Notes under the pieces: generated by a model
Databases searched by the model: none
The model's input: only the letters and a program-made list of their open reading frames with translations
What the model was told of the DNA's origin: nothing
Assembly (NCBI GenBank): GCA_021154885.1
Contig: JAJKHS010000041.1
Coordinates: 66,441-130,440, forward strand
Direction of reading: 5' to 3'
DNA length: 64,000 nt
From: Thermoanaerobaculum sp.
Lineage (GTDB): Bacteria; Acidobacteriota; Thermoanaerobaculia; Multivoradales; UBA5704
In this document: piece after piece, positions 30,821 to 42,154 of the stretch
How the letters are laid out: the number at the start of each line of letters is the position of its first letter
How positions within the stretch are numbered: position 1 is the first letter of the stretch
Program-made: the position numbers and the translations under genes

Positions 30821-31042
30821 GGTTCTCTCCTTCGTCTGCTTTGGAGGGCTGCCGGACGGGGAGCCTCCCAGACGAAGTTTAGCAGATCTCGGCATCGGTC
30901 CGGCGAGCAGGGAGTAGCAAGGGAGTAGCGGCGCCTCCTGGCCTCCCGACCTCGTTTTGAGGTAAGATGGTTAGCTAAGAAGCTATCCAACCGGGTGCGA
31001 TCCCGGATCCAGTCGGGCTCTTCGGTCTGCGAAGGGGGACGC

Positions 31043-34000
31043 GTGAACGCCAAGAAGACTCTGGTGGGTTGTCTGTTCCTCTGCCTCGGGCTGGCGGCTC
31101 GGAGCGATGCGCAGACGGTGACGCTCCAAGCGGTGGCCGACGCCTCGCTGCGCCAGGGCTCGGCGAACCAGAACCGCGGCGGCGATCCCACCCTGCAGCT
31201 CGCCGGGGACGGCCGTGTCCTCCTGCGCTTCGACCAGGCCGCCATCGCGGCGGCGGTCGGCTCCGGACGGCTGGTCTCCGCCTCCCTGGAGCTGTTCGTC
31301 CACTCGGCGAGCGGCAGTTGGGGCTCCGGCGGCCGGCCCATCGAGGCCCACCGCGCGACCGCGGACTGGACCGAAGCGGGGGTCACCTGGAACTGCGCGG
31401 TCGACACCAATCCCGCCAACGGCAAGCCCGACTGCGCCACCCGCTGGGACGGCGGCACCTTCGACGACGACGCCTCCGACTCGATCCTCGAGACCTCCGC
31501 CGACCACGTCTGGCTGCCCTTCGACGTCACGGCGGACGTCGCCACGTTCCTGACCGGGACGCCCAATCAGGGCTGGCTGATCGTGAAGGCGGACGACGAT
31601 CAGAGCGGCAAGGCGGACTACGGCTCCCGCGAGGGGATCGCGGCGGAGCGCCCCCGGCTGGTGCTGCTGGTGGAGAGCGCGGCGCACGATTCGGTGCCGC
31701 CGTCGCTCGCCATCACCTCGCCCGATCAGCCGATCCTGGTCAACCAGCCGGCGCCCACCGTGGTGGTGGAGTATGCGGACGGCGGCTCGGGCGTGGACCT
31801 CGCCACTCTTCAGGTGCTGGTCGACGGGCAGGACATCACCGCGAGCTGCGCCACTGGGCCGCAGTCGGCGACCTGCCATGCGCCCACCCTGGCGGCGGGC
31901 AGCCACGCCGTTCAGGCTCGTTTGAAGGACCGCGCCGGCAACGCCGCGCAGGCGAGCGCCGCCTTCCAGCTCCTGCTCGGCCCGGGACCCCACCTGGTGA
32001 CCTTCCAGACCGTGGGGGACACCTATATCCGAAAGGGCGACGCGAACAAGAACTTCGGCGCCGAGCCCATCCTGCGCCTGCGCCAGAGCGGGCAGAACCG
32101 CGCCCTGGTGCAGTTCGACTCGCAGAGCCTCGCCACGGCGCTGACCGGGGCGACGGTGGTTTCCGCCTCGCTCGAGCTGCACATCAAGAAGAACGGCCGC
32201 AACTGGGGGAAGACGGGGCGCACGATCGACGCCCACCGTCTGACCACCGCCTGGACGGAGACCGGGGCCACCTGGAATTGCGCGAACGACGCCAACCCGA
32301 CGAACGGCAGTCCGGATTGCGCCGCGCAGTGGGCCGGCGGCGGCTTCGCGGCGACCCCGACCGCCAGCGTGCTCCACACCCGCGACCTCGCGGGCTGGGT
32401 GCGCTACGACGTCACCGCCGACGTGGCCGCCTTCACCAGGGGCACCGCGGACTTCGGCTGGCTGCTCAAGAAGACGGAGGAGAACAAGAGCGGCCTGGTG
32501 GAGTACGACTCGCGGCAGGGAACGACGGGCAATGCGCCGCGGCTGGTGGTGGTGTTCACCACGCCGAGCGGCGGCGGGGACACCACGCTGCCGACGGTGG
32601 CGATCACCGCTCCCGCCGAGGGGAGCTTCGTCGCCAGCCCCACGCCCACCGTGGTGGCGACGTATTCGGACACCGGCTCGGGCGTCGATCCGGCGAGCGT
32701 CCGGCTCGTCGTCGACGGAGTGGACCGCACGGCCCAGGCGCAGGTGACGGTTTCGGGGCTCACCTTCACGCCGGCGGCGCCGCTGGCCGAGGGAGCTCAC
32801 ACGTCTCAGGTCACGGTCAAGGACCGGGCGGGCAATGCGGCGCAGGCGACGCGCGGGTTCACGACGGATACGGTGGCGCCGGTGGTCGGGCTCACCCTGC
32901 CCGCCTACGCGAAGGCCTTGCCGTTGGTGGTCAACGGGACGGTGTCCGACACGGATCCGGCCGTCCAGGTGGTGGTCAACGGCGCGCCGGCCACGGTGAC
33001 CGGGAGCACGTTCCAGGCCGCTCTCGTCCTGCTCGAGGGGGCGAACCCGGTTTCTGTGATCGCCATGGATCGCGCGGGCCACCAGGGGACGGCCTCCGGC
33101 TCGGTTATCCTCGACCAGCGGCCGCCTGCTCTCCGGCTCGAGACGCCGTCGCCGAACCAGGTGTTCAACCGTCCGGCGGCGCGGGTGGCCGGGACGGTCA
33201 GCGACGAAAACGGCATCGCGACGCTACAGGTGAATGGCGTGGCGGTTTCTCCGGCCGCCGACGGCGGTTTCGAGACCTCGGTCCCCCTGTCCGAGGGAGC
33301 GCAGACGATCACGGTCGCCGCCACCGACGTGGCGGGCAACCGCCGTGCTCTCGACGTTGCCGTAACGCGTCTCACCCTTCCGGAGGTGACCATCACTGCG
33401 CCGGCCGACCTCGGCACCCTCGCGGCCACCACGGTCATGGTGAGGGGTGCGGTGAGCAGCCCGGGGCTGGCGGTGGCTGTCAACGGTCTGCGGGCCACGG
33501 TCTCCGGAACCGACTTCTCGGTGGAGATCCCACTCGTCGAAGGGGGGAACATCATCACGGCGGTCGCCACGGCGGCGGATGGCAGGTCGGGGAGCGCCAC
33601 CATCAACGTGGTGCGCGACCTGACGCCTCCCCACCTCTCGATCGACCAGCCGCGCGCCGGCGCTTCAGTGCGCGCGGCGGCGGTCACCGTGGCGGGTCTG
33701 GTCAACGACATCGTCGCGGGGACCGTCAATGCGCCCCAAGCGCAGGTGAAGGTCAACGGCCGGCCGGCCCGGGTGGCCAACCGCTCGTTCCTGGTCGAAG
33801 GGGTGCCGCTGCAGGCCGGCGACAACACCTTGACCGCCGAGGCGGTGGACGCCAGCGGCAACGTCGCCCAGGTTTCCATCGTCGTGCGGCGCGAGACGGG
33901 CGCCTCGGCGCGCCTCGTCGCGGTGTCCGGCGACGGCCAGCAGGGGGTGATCGGCATGGCGCTGCCGGCACCGCTGGTGGCCGTAGCGCAGGATACGGCC

Positions 34001-36100
34001 GGACTGCCGGCGGTGGGCACGACCGTGGTGTTCGAGGTGCGGGGCAACGATGGTTCCCTCGATGGCGGCCGGCGGCGGCTGGCGGTTGTCACCGACTCCG
34101 CGGGCCGGGCAGCCGTCCACTTCACCCTCGGCACCCGTGCCGGAGTGGGCAATCAGGTGGTGGTGGCCTCGGCCGCCGGCTACGGCGAGCCGGTCGCCTT
34201 CCTCGCGTCGGCGCTGGCGGGCGAGCCGGCCGCCATCGTGGTGGACGCCGGCGACCAGCAGGTGGGAGTCGCCGGCCAGCCACTGCCTCGCCCGCTGATC
34301 GCTGTCGTCACCGACAGCGGGCACAACCGCCTGCCCGCCATCGCCGTGCATTTCTCGGTGGTCAACGGCGCCGGGCGTCTCCCCAACGGGCTCGACCAGA
34401 TGGTGATCGCCACCGATGGCGACGGCCGCGCCATCACGCCGTTCACCCTCGACCCTCAGGAGGGAGTCGCCAACAACACGGTGGTGGCACGCATCGAGGG
34501 ACTGCCCAACGGTCCGCTGGCGAGCTTCACCGCCTCGGGGCTGTCGGCCGGCGATCCGGCCCGGACCTCGATCAGCGGCATCGTGCTCGACAATCAGAAC
34601 GACCCGATCCCGGGAGTCACGATCCGCATTCTCGACACTTCGCTGACCGCGCAGACCGACGCGCGCGGCGCCTTCAGGATCAGCGGCGCGCCGGTGGGCA
34701 CGGTGCGCATGCTGGTGGACGGCTCGACGGCGGCGCGTCCCGGTTCGTGGCCTGACCTCGAGTACACCGTCACCACCATCCCCGGGCGCGACGTCACGGT
34801 GAACATGCCGATCTTCCTGCTGCCCCTCGATCTCGCCCACGGGCTGGCGGTCGACGAGACGCACGGCGGCACCCTCACCCTGCCGGACCTGCCGGGTTTC
34901 GCGCTGGTGATCGCTCCAGGCTCGGTGACCTTCCCCGGCGGCAGCCGCTCAGGGGTGGTGAGCGTGACCGCCGTGCACTCCGACAAGGTACCCATGGTGC
35001 CCAACTTCGGCCAGCAGCCGCGGTTCATCGTCACCATCCAGCCGGCCGGCGCCCGCTTCGAGCCCCCGGCACGGCTCTCGCTTCCCAACGTCGAGGGGCT
35101 GGCGCCGGGCCAGGTGACGGAGATGTATTCGTTCGATCACGACCTCGGCCATTTCGTGAGCATCGGCCCGGCCACGGTGAGCGATGACGGCTCCACCATG
35201 GTGGCCAATCCGGGGGTCGGGATCGTCAAGGCCGGCTGGCACTGCGGCGGCAGCTCGTCGAGCTCGGGGACGCCCCATCACTGCGCGGATTGCCAGAAAT
35301 GCGAGAACGACTGCTGCGTTCCCGACCCGGCCAAGAACAACCAGGGCTGTGACGACAAGGACAAGTGCACGGTCGACGACAAGTGCAACAACGGCAACTG
35401 CAAGGGCCAAACGGTGAAAGTGACGATCACCAGGGCGCCGTCCTTCATCTGTGCCGGCAACAGCAAGCCGGTCGCGGCGACGATCACGCCGGCCAGCCGG
35501 ACCATCACCTGGAAGAGCCTGCAGCCAGCGAACCTCACCGTCTCCGGCGGCACCTCGGGGACGGCCACCGGAGTGAAGAAGGGGTCGGCCACGATCCAGG
35601 CGAGCGACTCGCAGACCGACTGCAATCAGGATTCCCGTTCGATCCGGGTGGTGGACATGAGCGACTTCAACGGCATGTTCGGCGAGAAGAGCTGGTGCGT
35701 GGCCAGCCTCGGGAACCCGCTGGCCGTCGCCGCCTGTGCGCGGGCGCGGCAGATCGCCGGCCAGGTCGTCGCCTGGCAACTGAGAACGTTCCACGGGGCT
35801 TGCGCGAAAATCAACGGCGACCCTGAGGGAACGATGGCGGACGCGGGCCGGCACGCCTACCTGTCCTGCGCCCTGCACAGCGACAGTTTGACGTCGCTCT
35901 ATGCGGACACGATCCTCAACCTGCACGAGCAGGATGCGTCGCAGGACTGCCTGAGCCACGAGCAGGACGTCAACAACAACGAGGTCGGCAAGTCGAACGC
36001 GTCATCCGGGGTCGACTGCGCGCAGGCGGCGCTCCAGTCGCTCGCCGCTGGCCGCCTGCAAATCAACAATCCGCCGCCGGCGGGGACCTCATGCCCATGA
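31043..36100 (+). CDS. Giant secreted protein: 2x DNRLRE, Ig repeats, carboxypeptidase-regulatory-like, ZU5-like, Cys-rich, DUF6973-like tip
   Basis: Signal peptide; duplicated W.E.G.TWN...FDVT.DV domain; D.TPP Ig repeats; C-terminal DAGRHAY..HE..DVNNNEVG. Confidence 0.85.
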   Translation: MNAKKTLVGCLFLCLGLAARSDAQTVTLQAVADASLRQGSANQNRGGDPTLQLAGDGRVLLRFDQAAIAAAVGSGRLVSASLELFVHSASGSWGSGGRPIEAHRATADWTEAGVTWNCAVDTNPANGKPDCATRWDGGTFDDDASDSILETSADHVWLPFDVTADVATFLTGTPNQGWLIVKADDDQSGKADYGSREGIAAERPRLVLLVESAAHDSVPPSLAITSPDQPILVNQPAPTVVVEYADGGSGVDLATLQVLVDGQDITASCATGPQSATCHAPTLAAGSHAVQARLKDRAGNAAQASAAFQLLLGPGPHLVTFQTVGDTYIRKGDANKNFGAEPILRLRQSGQNRALVQFDSQSLATALTGATVVSASLELHIKKNGRNWGKTGRTIDAHRLTTAWTETGATWNCANDANPTNGSPDCAAQWAGGGFAATPTASVLHTRDLAGWVRYDVTADVAAFTRGTADFGWLLKKTEENKSGLVEYDSRQGTTGNAPRLVVVFTTPSGGGDTTLPTVAITAPAEGSFVASPTPTVVATYSDTGSGVDPASVRLVVDGVDRTAQAQVTVSGLTFTPAAPLAEGAHTSQVTVKDRAGNAAQATRGFTTDTVAPVVGLTLPAYAKALPLVVNGTVSDTDPAVQVVVNGAPATVTGSTFQAALVLLEGANPVSVIAMDRAGHQGTASGSVILDQRPPALRLETPSPNQVFNRPAARVAGTVSDENGIATLQVNGVAVSPAADGGFETSVPLSEGAQTITVAATDVAGNRRALDVAVTRLTLPEVTITAPADLGTLAATTVMVRGAVSSPGLAVAVNGLRATVSGTDFSVEIPLVEGGNIITAVATAADGRSGSATINVVRDLTPPHLSIDQPRAGASVRAAAVTVAGLVNDIVAGTVNAPQAQVKVNGRPARVANRSFLVEGVPLQAGDNTLTAEAVDASGNVAQVSIVVRRETGASARLVAVSGDGQQGVIGMALPAPLVAVAQDTAGLPAVGTTVVFEVRGNDGSLDGGRRRLAVVTDSAGRAAVHFTLGTRAGVGNQVVVASAAGYGEPVAFLASALAGEPAAIVVDAGDQQVGVAGQPLPRPLIAVVTDSGHNRLPAIAVHFSVVNGAGRLPNGLDQMVIATDGDGRAITPFTLDPQEGVANNTVVARIEGLPNGPLASFTASGLSAGDPARTSISGIVLDNQNDPIPGVTIRILDTSLTAQTDARGAFRISGAPVGTVRMLVDGSTAARPGSWPDLEYTVTTIPGRDVTVNMPIFLLPLDLAHGLAVDETHGGTLTLPDLPGFALVIAPGSVTFPGGSRSGVVSVTAVHSDKVPMVPNFGQQPRFIVTIQPAGARFEPPARLSLPNVEGLAPGQVTEMYSFDHDLGHFVSIGPATVSDDGSTMVANPGVGIVKAGWHCGGSSSSSGTPHHCADCQKCENDCCVPDPAKNNQGCDDKDKCTVDDKCNNGNCKGQTVKVTITRAPSFICAGNSKPVAATITPASRTITWKSLQPANLTVSGGTSGTATGVKKGSATIQASDSQTDCNQDSRSIRVVDMSDFNGMFGEKSWCVASLGNPLAVAACARARQIAGQVVAWQLRTFHGACAKINGDPEGTMADAGRHAYLSCALHSDSLTSLYADTILNLHEQDASQDCLSHEQDVNNNEVGKSNASSGVDCAQAALQSLAAGRLQINNPPPAGTSCP

Positions 36101-36834
36101 GAGCCGCGAGATCCAACTCGGGAGCTTCCGCCGGCTTTTGGCTCGCCGCCATGATGGTGATGCTTCTGTCGGCCACGGCCATCGATTGCGCCGACCCGCA
36201 GACGCCGTCCGCCGATCCCATGCCCACGATGCTGCGGGGACTGCGGATCGGAATGTCCGAGCAGGAGCTCCGGACGGCTCGGCCAGCGGCTGAGAAGTTC
36301 GTGTTCCTCGAGGAGCGGGAGTCCGAGAAGAAAGATCCCAATCCCCTCTACGTCGAGAGCTTCTCCGGATCGCTATTCTTCGACACGGGCATGTACCTGT
36401 TCTGTCAGCACAAGCTGTGCGAGGTGTCGCTGACCGCCATCGGATCGGGGGATCGGTTCGCCGACCGCCAGGCCAAGGTGTTGCAGGGAGCCCTGCGCAA
36501 GTGGGGGCAGAACCCGGAGCGCTTCCTCAACCTGGGTGCAGGAAGCCTGGACCCGGCCGGGCAGATGTCGCTGGAGCATTCGAAGGTCGAGCCGCGCAAG
36601 CGGGGCGCCCTGCTCTGGACGCTCGGCAGCCTCAAGGTGGCCGCCACGTTCGCGCCGGACGAGGGGAAGCGCGAACGGCCCGCCGAGCTCGGCGTCACCA
36701 TCGCCGCCCCGCAGCTCCTGCCCAAGGATCAGCACCGGATCTTCTTCGAATCGCTGGCGCCGGTGCGGTCCGCGTCGGACGCCCGGCTCTTCGCTCTGCT
36801 GGAACGGCGGGCCGAGCCTCCTCTCTTCGATTGA
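36097..36834 (+). CDS. Exported hypothetical protein, candidate immunity/partner
   Basis: ATGA overlap with upstream gene; hydrophobic N-terminus followed by Cys; LRIGMSEQEL. Confidence 0.7.
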   Translation: MRAARSNSGASAGFWLAAMMVMLLSATAIDCADPQTPSADPMPTMLRGLRIGMSEQELRTARPAAEKFVFLEERESEKKDPNPLYVESFSGSLFFDTGMYLFCQHKLCEVSLTAIGSGDRFADRQAKVLQGALRKWGQNPERFLNLGAGSLDPAGQMSLEHSKVEPRKRGALLWTLGSLKVAATFAPDEGKRERPAELGVTIAAPQLLPKDQHRIFFESLAPVRSASDARLFALLERRAEPPLFD

Positions 36835-36846
36835 GCCCGAGGAACC

Positions 36847-39800
36847 ATGGCCATGGGAAAGGCAATTTGGATCTGGATCGCGCTGCTGGCCGGCACCCTG
36901 CCCCTGGGGGCGCAGACGCCGACATCGCTGGAGCTGCGCTCGCCGAAGAGCACCCTGGCGCCGGGGGAGGTCGTACAGCTCCGGCTCATCGCCACCCTCT
37001 CGAACGGCAGTCAGCAGGACGTCACGACCGCCCCCGGCGTCTCCTACTCCGCGTCCTTCCTGGGCGAGGAAAATCCGTTGCTCTCCGTGGACGATGCCGG
37101 CAGAGTCACTGCCGAGGCCCCGGGCTCACAGGTTGTCTACGGGTTCTATCAGGACCTCTTCGCCGGGATCGTGCTCTCGGTGATCAGCGGCGTGGATTCC
37201 GACGGCGACGGCATGCCGGACGCCTGGGAGCTCCAGTACGGACTGAATCCTGCCGACCCGAGCGACGCCGCCTCCGACGCGGACGGCGACCACCTCTCCG
37301 CGCTGGCTGAATTCCGCGCCGGGACCGACCCCCGCAACCCCGACACCGACGGTGATGGCATCCCGGACGGGGAGGAGGTACAGGCCGGTCTCCAGCCGCT
37401 GAAAGCCGACACGGACGGCGACGGCCTGAGCGACGGCGAGGAGAGACGGATCGGCACCGATCCGTCCAGGCTGGACACCGACGGCGACGGCATCGCCGAC
37501 GGCGACGAGGTCGCGGCGGGCACCGATCCGCTGACCCCGCAGCCGCCGGTCGATGGCCGGGAGATTCTGGCGCTCGATGAGCACTGCATGGTGAGCGTGC
37601 TCAATCGCACGGCCAAGGTCCAGCCAGGCGGCGGGTGGGTGTTGCCCAACGTGCCGGCCAACCAGGGGCCGGTGCGGGTGCGGGCCACTTGCGTCGAGGA
37701 TGGCGTCACCCGCTCCGGCCAGTCCGACCTGATCGACGTTCCCCCCAACGGTATCCTGCGGGTGGCGGAGATCCGCTTCCAGGATCCCACGCCGATCCCG
37801 GCGAGCCTGGCGCTGACCGCGCCACAGACGCAGCTCACCGGGGTGGGACAGACGGTCCAACTGGCGGTACGCGCCGCGTTCGCGGGCGGCGCCACCGTCG
37901 ACGTCACCGCTGGCTCACGCGGCACCAGCTACCGGTCCAGCAATCCGGCCATCGCCAGCGTCGATGCCGGCGGCCTGATCACCGCCCGGTTGAGCGGCGT
38001 CGTGCTGGTGAGCGCTCTCAACGAGGGGGCGCTCGGCGTCGTCCGCGTGCAGGTCCTCGCTGCCGCGGACAGCGACGGCGACGGCCTGCCCGACGACTAT
38101 GAGATCGCCCACGGTCTCGATCCCAACGACCCGGCCGACGCGCTCAAGGACCACGACGGCGACGGCCTGTCGACCCTCGATGAGTTCCGTGGCGGGCTCG
38201 ATCCTTTCAACGCGGACACCGACGGCGACGGCTTGCTCGACGGCGACGAGCTCAACCGCTACCACACCAATCCGCTGCTCCGCGACACGGACGGCGACGG
38301 GATCTCCGACGGCCTGGAGATCCAGAGCGGCAGCGATCCGCTCGATCCCGCGAGCTTCAACCTGGCACCGATCGTCCAGAGCCTGACGGTGCAGCCGGCG
38401 ACGCTCAACATTACCTTCAACACGGCGTTGGGGGAGGCCTCGCAGCGGCTGGACGTCAAGGCGCGGCTGATCGACGGCACGGTGCTCGACGTGCGCCGCC
38501 GCCGCTACGGCACCAGCTACAGCTCCAGCGATCTCACGGTGGCTAACTTCAGTGGTGAGGACGGCGTGGTCTTCGCCGGCCAGGACGGTACGGCCATCGT
38601 CACCGTCAGCCTCGGCAGCCGCTCGGCCACCGTGCAGGTGGTGGTGACGAGCTTTTCGCCGCAGCCTCTCTCGTTCCTGCCCCTGCCGGGCTTCGCCAAC
38701 GGCGTGGACGTCGCCAGCCCGTACGCCTACGTGGCGTCGGGCCGCGCCGGCCTGGTGGTGGTCGACGCCTCCAACCCGCAGGCGCCGTTCGTCGCCGCGA
38801 CGCTGGCGCTGCCCGGCAACGCCAATGCCGTGAAGGTGGCGGGGGGCTATGCCCACGTGGCCGCCGGCTCGGCCGGCCTGGTGATCGTCGACGTGCGCAA
38901 CCCCAGGTCGCCGGCTGTCGCCGGCCGCATCGACACGCCCGGCGATGCCACCGACCTCGTCCTCCGGGACGGGCGCGCCTATGTCGCCGACGGCGCGAGC
39001 GGCCTGTTCATCGCCGACGTCAGCAATCCCGCGGCCCCCCTGCGGCTGGGCTCGATTCCCACGGCGGGCACCGCCCGCGGCGTCGACACCGATGGGCGCC
39101 TGACCGTAGTGGCGGAGGACTTCGCCGGGTTGGAGGTGATCGACGTCAGCGATCCGGCGGCGCCGTTCCTCCTGGGCTCGACGGCCACCCGGCCGGACGG
39201 CAGCTCCCATGCCGCCGCCGTCGTGCTGCGCGGCCACTATGCCTACGTGGCCGACGGCGCCAGCTTCAACCTCGGCGGGCTGCGCACAGTCGACCTCTCG
39301 GAGCCGGGCACGCCGGTGGTGGTGGGCGCGAGCAGCGACTCTTTCTCTCTGACCTCCCTGGTGTTGGACGGCCCCATCGCCCTCGCCGCGGACGTTTTCT
39401 TCGTCAACGCCGTTCCCATCTTCAACGTCGGCGGCACCACGCCCGCTTTCTCGGCGGAGGTGGACTTCTCCCAAGCCCCGAGCTTCCGCGACGACAACGG
39501 CAACGGCGTCGCCATCGACAACGCCGGGCTGGTCTTCATGGTGGGCGCCCGCGGGCAGATCACCGACAACGGAACCTTCGGCGATACGGGGCTCCACATC
39601 GGCCGCTACAAGATCCTGCAGGACTTGGCCGGCATTCCGCCGGAGGTGAGCCTCACGGCGCCGGCGGACGGCTCGTCGGCCCCCGAGCGCAACCCGCTCC
39701 TGGTGCGCGCCAGCGCCACGGACGACGTCCAGGTGGCCTCCGTCCGCTTCCTGATCGACGGCGTCAGCGTGGCCGAGGTCTTCAAGGCTCCCTACTTGGC

Positions 39801-42135
39801 CACCGTGCGGGTGCCGGCGGGAGTGCCGTCGTTCAAGCTGACCGCGGTGGCCACCGATCTCGGCGGCAATCAGAGCGAATCCGCTCCGGTCGTCGTGACC
39901 GTCATCCCGGACGACAAGCCCCAGGTGTCGTTCCTGGCGCCGGTGGCCGGGGCCCGGTTCATCGAGGGCGCGCCGGCGGAGATGGCGGCGACGGCGAGCG
40001 ACGACGTGCAGGTCGACTCCGTCGAGCTGCTGGTCGACGGCGTCTCGCAGGGCGTCTTCGGGCCACCCTACCGGACGACCTTCAGCGTGCCGGTGGGCGT
40101 CACCCAGACGACGCTGACGGCCGTGGCCACCGACAGCGCGGGCCAGACGGCGACGGCGACGCTGGTGGTGGGGATCGATCCCGATCAGCCGCCCACGGTG
40201 GCCGTGCTGTCTCCCACCGCCGGAGCCAACGTGATCGAGGGGAGCCGGCTGGAGGTGGCGGTGGGCGCCATCGACGACGTCGGCATCGATCATGTCCACC
40301 TGGACGCCGACGGCCAGCCGGTGGGCGATGCCTTCGGGGCTCCCTACCTCTTCTCGCTCCGGGCGCCGGCCGGCGCTCCGGAGCTGCGGCTGACCGCCAC
40401 CGCTCAGGACACGCTGGGACACACGGCGACCGCTGAGATCGTCGTGAACGTCATTCCCGATCCGCTCACCACAGCGGTGGGCCGGGTCGTCGACTCGAGC
40501 GGCGTGGCGGTGGCCGGCGCCGCGGTCGACTGCCTGGGCGTGTCGGGAACCACTGACGCCGCGGGGGCGTTCTCGGTGCCCGGAGTCCCCACCGTCTCGG
40601 CCGTCTTCTGCGAAGCGCAGGCGGCCAGGGCCGGCGGCGTGCTCGCGGGCAACTCGGCCGCCGTGCCGCCGCTACCGGGCGGCACGACCGCGGTCGGGGA
40701 CATCGTGATCTCGTTGCACCTGCTCTACCTTGGCTCCGGCGGCGGTAGCCAGAGAAGCCCGGGCCGGCTGCTGGTTCTGGATGACACGGGAGCCGGCCGC
40801 CTCATCGACTGGAGCCGGCCCGTTCTTCCCGTGGGGCTCTCCGGGCTCACCTTCGACGGCGACGGGACGCTCTGGGCCTCGACTCAGCCGGAGATTCCAA
40901 TCCCCCAACTCGTCGCCCGGAGCCGCGCCAAGTCCGCCAACCTCGGCGTGCAGCAGGGCACGAGCCAGCTCCTGCGCTTCGATCCTGAGACCGGCGCCGT
41001 CCTCGCCACCCTCGGGCCGTTCCTCCTGGAGAACGAGGAGATCCCGATCGGGCTTCAGGACCTCACGTTCGCCCCGGCCACGGGCACCCTCTATGCCTTG
41101 AGCGCCGGCTTCGTGGACCGGAAAATCGTCGCCCTCGACCTCTCGACGCAGGTGGCGCGGGTCCTCAACCCGAGCCTGCCGTTCGAAGCCTCCGGCCTGG
41201 CCGTGGGGCCAGACGGCCAGCTCTATCTGTTCATCTCGGGATTCACGAACGAGCTGTGGACCGTCGATCCGGCGACCGGCGCGATTGTCGACCAGCAGTC
41301 CTTGACCGGCACCGTGGGAGCCTCGGCCGGGGGCGGCGAGCTCGGCGGCATGACGCTCAAGCCGGGTACTCGCACGTTCGTGCTGACCTCGCCTGCCGAC
41401 GGCAGGGCCCTCTACGAGCTCGACCTCGGGACACTGGCAATCACCGAAGTCTCCAACCCCGCGGGCGACCTCGCCGGCGCCGGTCTCCGGGCCCTGGCTT
41501 TCCGGCCGCTGGGCAGCGCGGCGGGCACGGTGACGACCGTGCGCGGTCTGGTGGTCGATCCCGATGGGCAGCCGGTGGCGGCAGCGGACGTGGTCTCGCT
41601 GGGAGCCGCCACCACCACCGGAGCCGATGGCCGCTTCGAGATGCCCGGCCTCACGGTGCGCACCGGCCGCGTGCGGGTGGAGGTGAGCCTGCCCAGCTCT
41701 TCGCCGTCGCCTCTCGCCGGTTCGAGCGTCCTGACTCCTGGCGTGCCGCCGGTCGCGGGCGGCGTCACCGACCTCGGCACGATCATCCTCGGCGCCCCGG
41801 TCTGCGTTACCGGCTTCTTCCACGCGAACCGCTGCGTCCAGGGTCCGGTCGGCGGCACCTTCGACCTCTATCAGGAGGACCGCACGGGCCAGCTCTCGCT
41901 CGTCGATCACGTGCTGACCGACCCCACCGGCCGCTTCTGCGCGATGCTGCGGCGCAACTTCTTCTATGTCGCACGCCGCGAGGACGTCGCGTGTTCCTGC
42001 GGCACGGTCTCGTCCTGCCACGCCTTCCTCGCCGTGACGGACCCGGAAGCCTCGGGTGCTTGCGGCGATCCGGCCGCCGCGTGCCAGGACCTGGGAACCC
42101 TCAACCTCAACTGCGACTTTTTCTGCGGCTCGTAG
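36847..42135 (+). CDS. Giant secreted protein: Ig, DxDGDG Ca-binding repeats, LVIVD repeats, beta-propeller
   Basis: Signal peptide; many DTDGDG..D..E repeats; GLVIVDV.NP..P repeats; Cys-rich C-terminus. Confidence 0.88.
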   Translation: MAMGKAIWIWIALLAGTLPLGAQTPTSLELRSPKSTLAPGEVVQLRLIATLSNGSQQDVTTAPGVSYSASFLGEENPLLSVDDAGRVTAEAPGSQVVYGFYQDLFAGIVLSVISGVDSDGDGMPDAWELQYGLNPADPSDAASDADGDHLSALAEFRAGTDPRNPDTDGDGIPDGEEVQAGLQPLKADTDGDGLSDGEERRIGTDPSRLDTDGDGIADGDEVAAGTDPLTPQPPVDGREILALDEHCMVSVLNRTAKVQPGGGWVLPNVPANQGPVRVRATCVEDGVTRSGQSDLIDVPPNGILRVAEIRFQDPTPIPASLALTAPQTQLTGVGQTVQLAVRAAFAGGATVDVTAGSRGTSYRSSNPAIASVDAGGLITARLSGVVLVSALNEGALGVVRVQVLAAADSDGDGLPDDYEIAHGLDPNDPADALKDHDGDGLSTLDEFRGGLDPFNADTDGDGLLDGDELNRYHTNPLLRDTDGDGISDGLEIQSGSDPLDPASFNLAPIVQSLTVQPATLNITFNTALGEASQRLDVKARLIDGTVLDVRRRRYGTSYSSSDLTVANFSGEDGVVFAGQDGTAIVTVSLGSRSATVQVVVTSFSPQPLSFLPLPGFANGVDVASPYAYVASGRAGLVVVDASNPQAPFVAATLALPGNANAVKVAGGYAHVAAGSAGLVIVDVRNPRSPAVAGRIDTPGDATDLVLRDGRAYVADGASGLFIADVSNPAAPLRLGSIPTAGTARGVDTDGRLTVVAEDFAGLEVIDVSDPAAPFLLGSTATRPDGSSHAAAVVLRGHYAYVADGASFNLGGLRTVDLSEPGTPVVVGASSDSFSLTSLVLDGPIALAADVFFVNAVPIFNVGGTTPAFSAEVDFSQAPSFRDDNGNGVAIDNAGLVFMVGARGQITDNGTFGDTGLHIGRYKILQDLAGIPPEVSLTAPADGSSAPERNPLLVRASATDDVQVASVRFLIDGVSVAEVFKAPYLATVRVPAGVPSFKLTAVATDLGGNQSESAPVVVTVIPDDKPQVSFLAPVAGARFIEGAPAEMAATASDDVQVDSVELLVDGVSQGVFGPPYRTTFSVPVGVTQTTLTAVATDSAGQTATATLVVGIDPDQPPTVAVLSPTAGANVIEGSRLEVAVGAIDDVGIDHVHLDADGQPVGDAFGAPYLFSLRAPAGAPELRLTATAQDTLGHTATAEIVVNVIPDPLTTAVGRVVDSSGVAVAGAAVDCLGVSGTTDAAGAFSVPGVPTVSAVFCEAQAARAGGVLAGNSAAVPPLPGGTTAVGDIVISLHLLYLGSGGGSQRSPGRLLVLDDTGAGRLIDWSRPVLPVGLSGLTFDGDGTLWASTQPEIPIPQLVARSRAKSANLGVQQGTSQLLRFDPETGAVLATLGPFLLENEEIPIGLQDLTFAPATGTLYALSAGFVDRKIVALDLSTQVARVLNPSLPFEASGLAVGPDGQLYLFISGFTNELWTVDPATGAIVDQQSLTGTVGASAGGGELGGMTLKPGTRTFVLTSPADGRALYELDLGTLAITEVSNPAGDLAGAGLRALAFRPLGSAAGTVTTVRGLVVDPDGQPVAAADVVSLGAATTTGADGRFEMPGLTVRTGRVRVEVSLPSSSPSPLAGSSVLTPGVPPVAGGVTDLGTIILGAPVCVTGFFHANRCVQGPVGGTFDLYQEDRTGQLSLVDHVLTDPTGRFCAMLRRNFFYVARREDVACSCGTVSSCHAFLAVTDPEASGACGDPAAACQDLGTLNLNCDFFCGS

Positions 42136-42154
42136 CCTCTGACCGGACCCCACC

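Noticed and set aside
30909-30990. AGGGAGTAGC direct repeat and a short inverted repeat in the divergent intergenic region
   Set aside because: Only two copies and no cognate regulator; too weak to call an operator.
31069-34755. Long alternate-frame and antisense ORFs (also 9006-11366, 37915-40422, 23444-25717, 46805-48787)
   Set aside because: Arg/Pro/Gly-rich shadows of real genes, expected at high GC.
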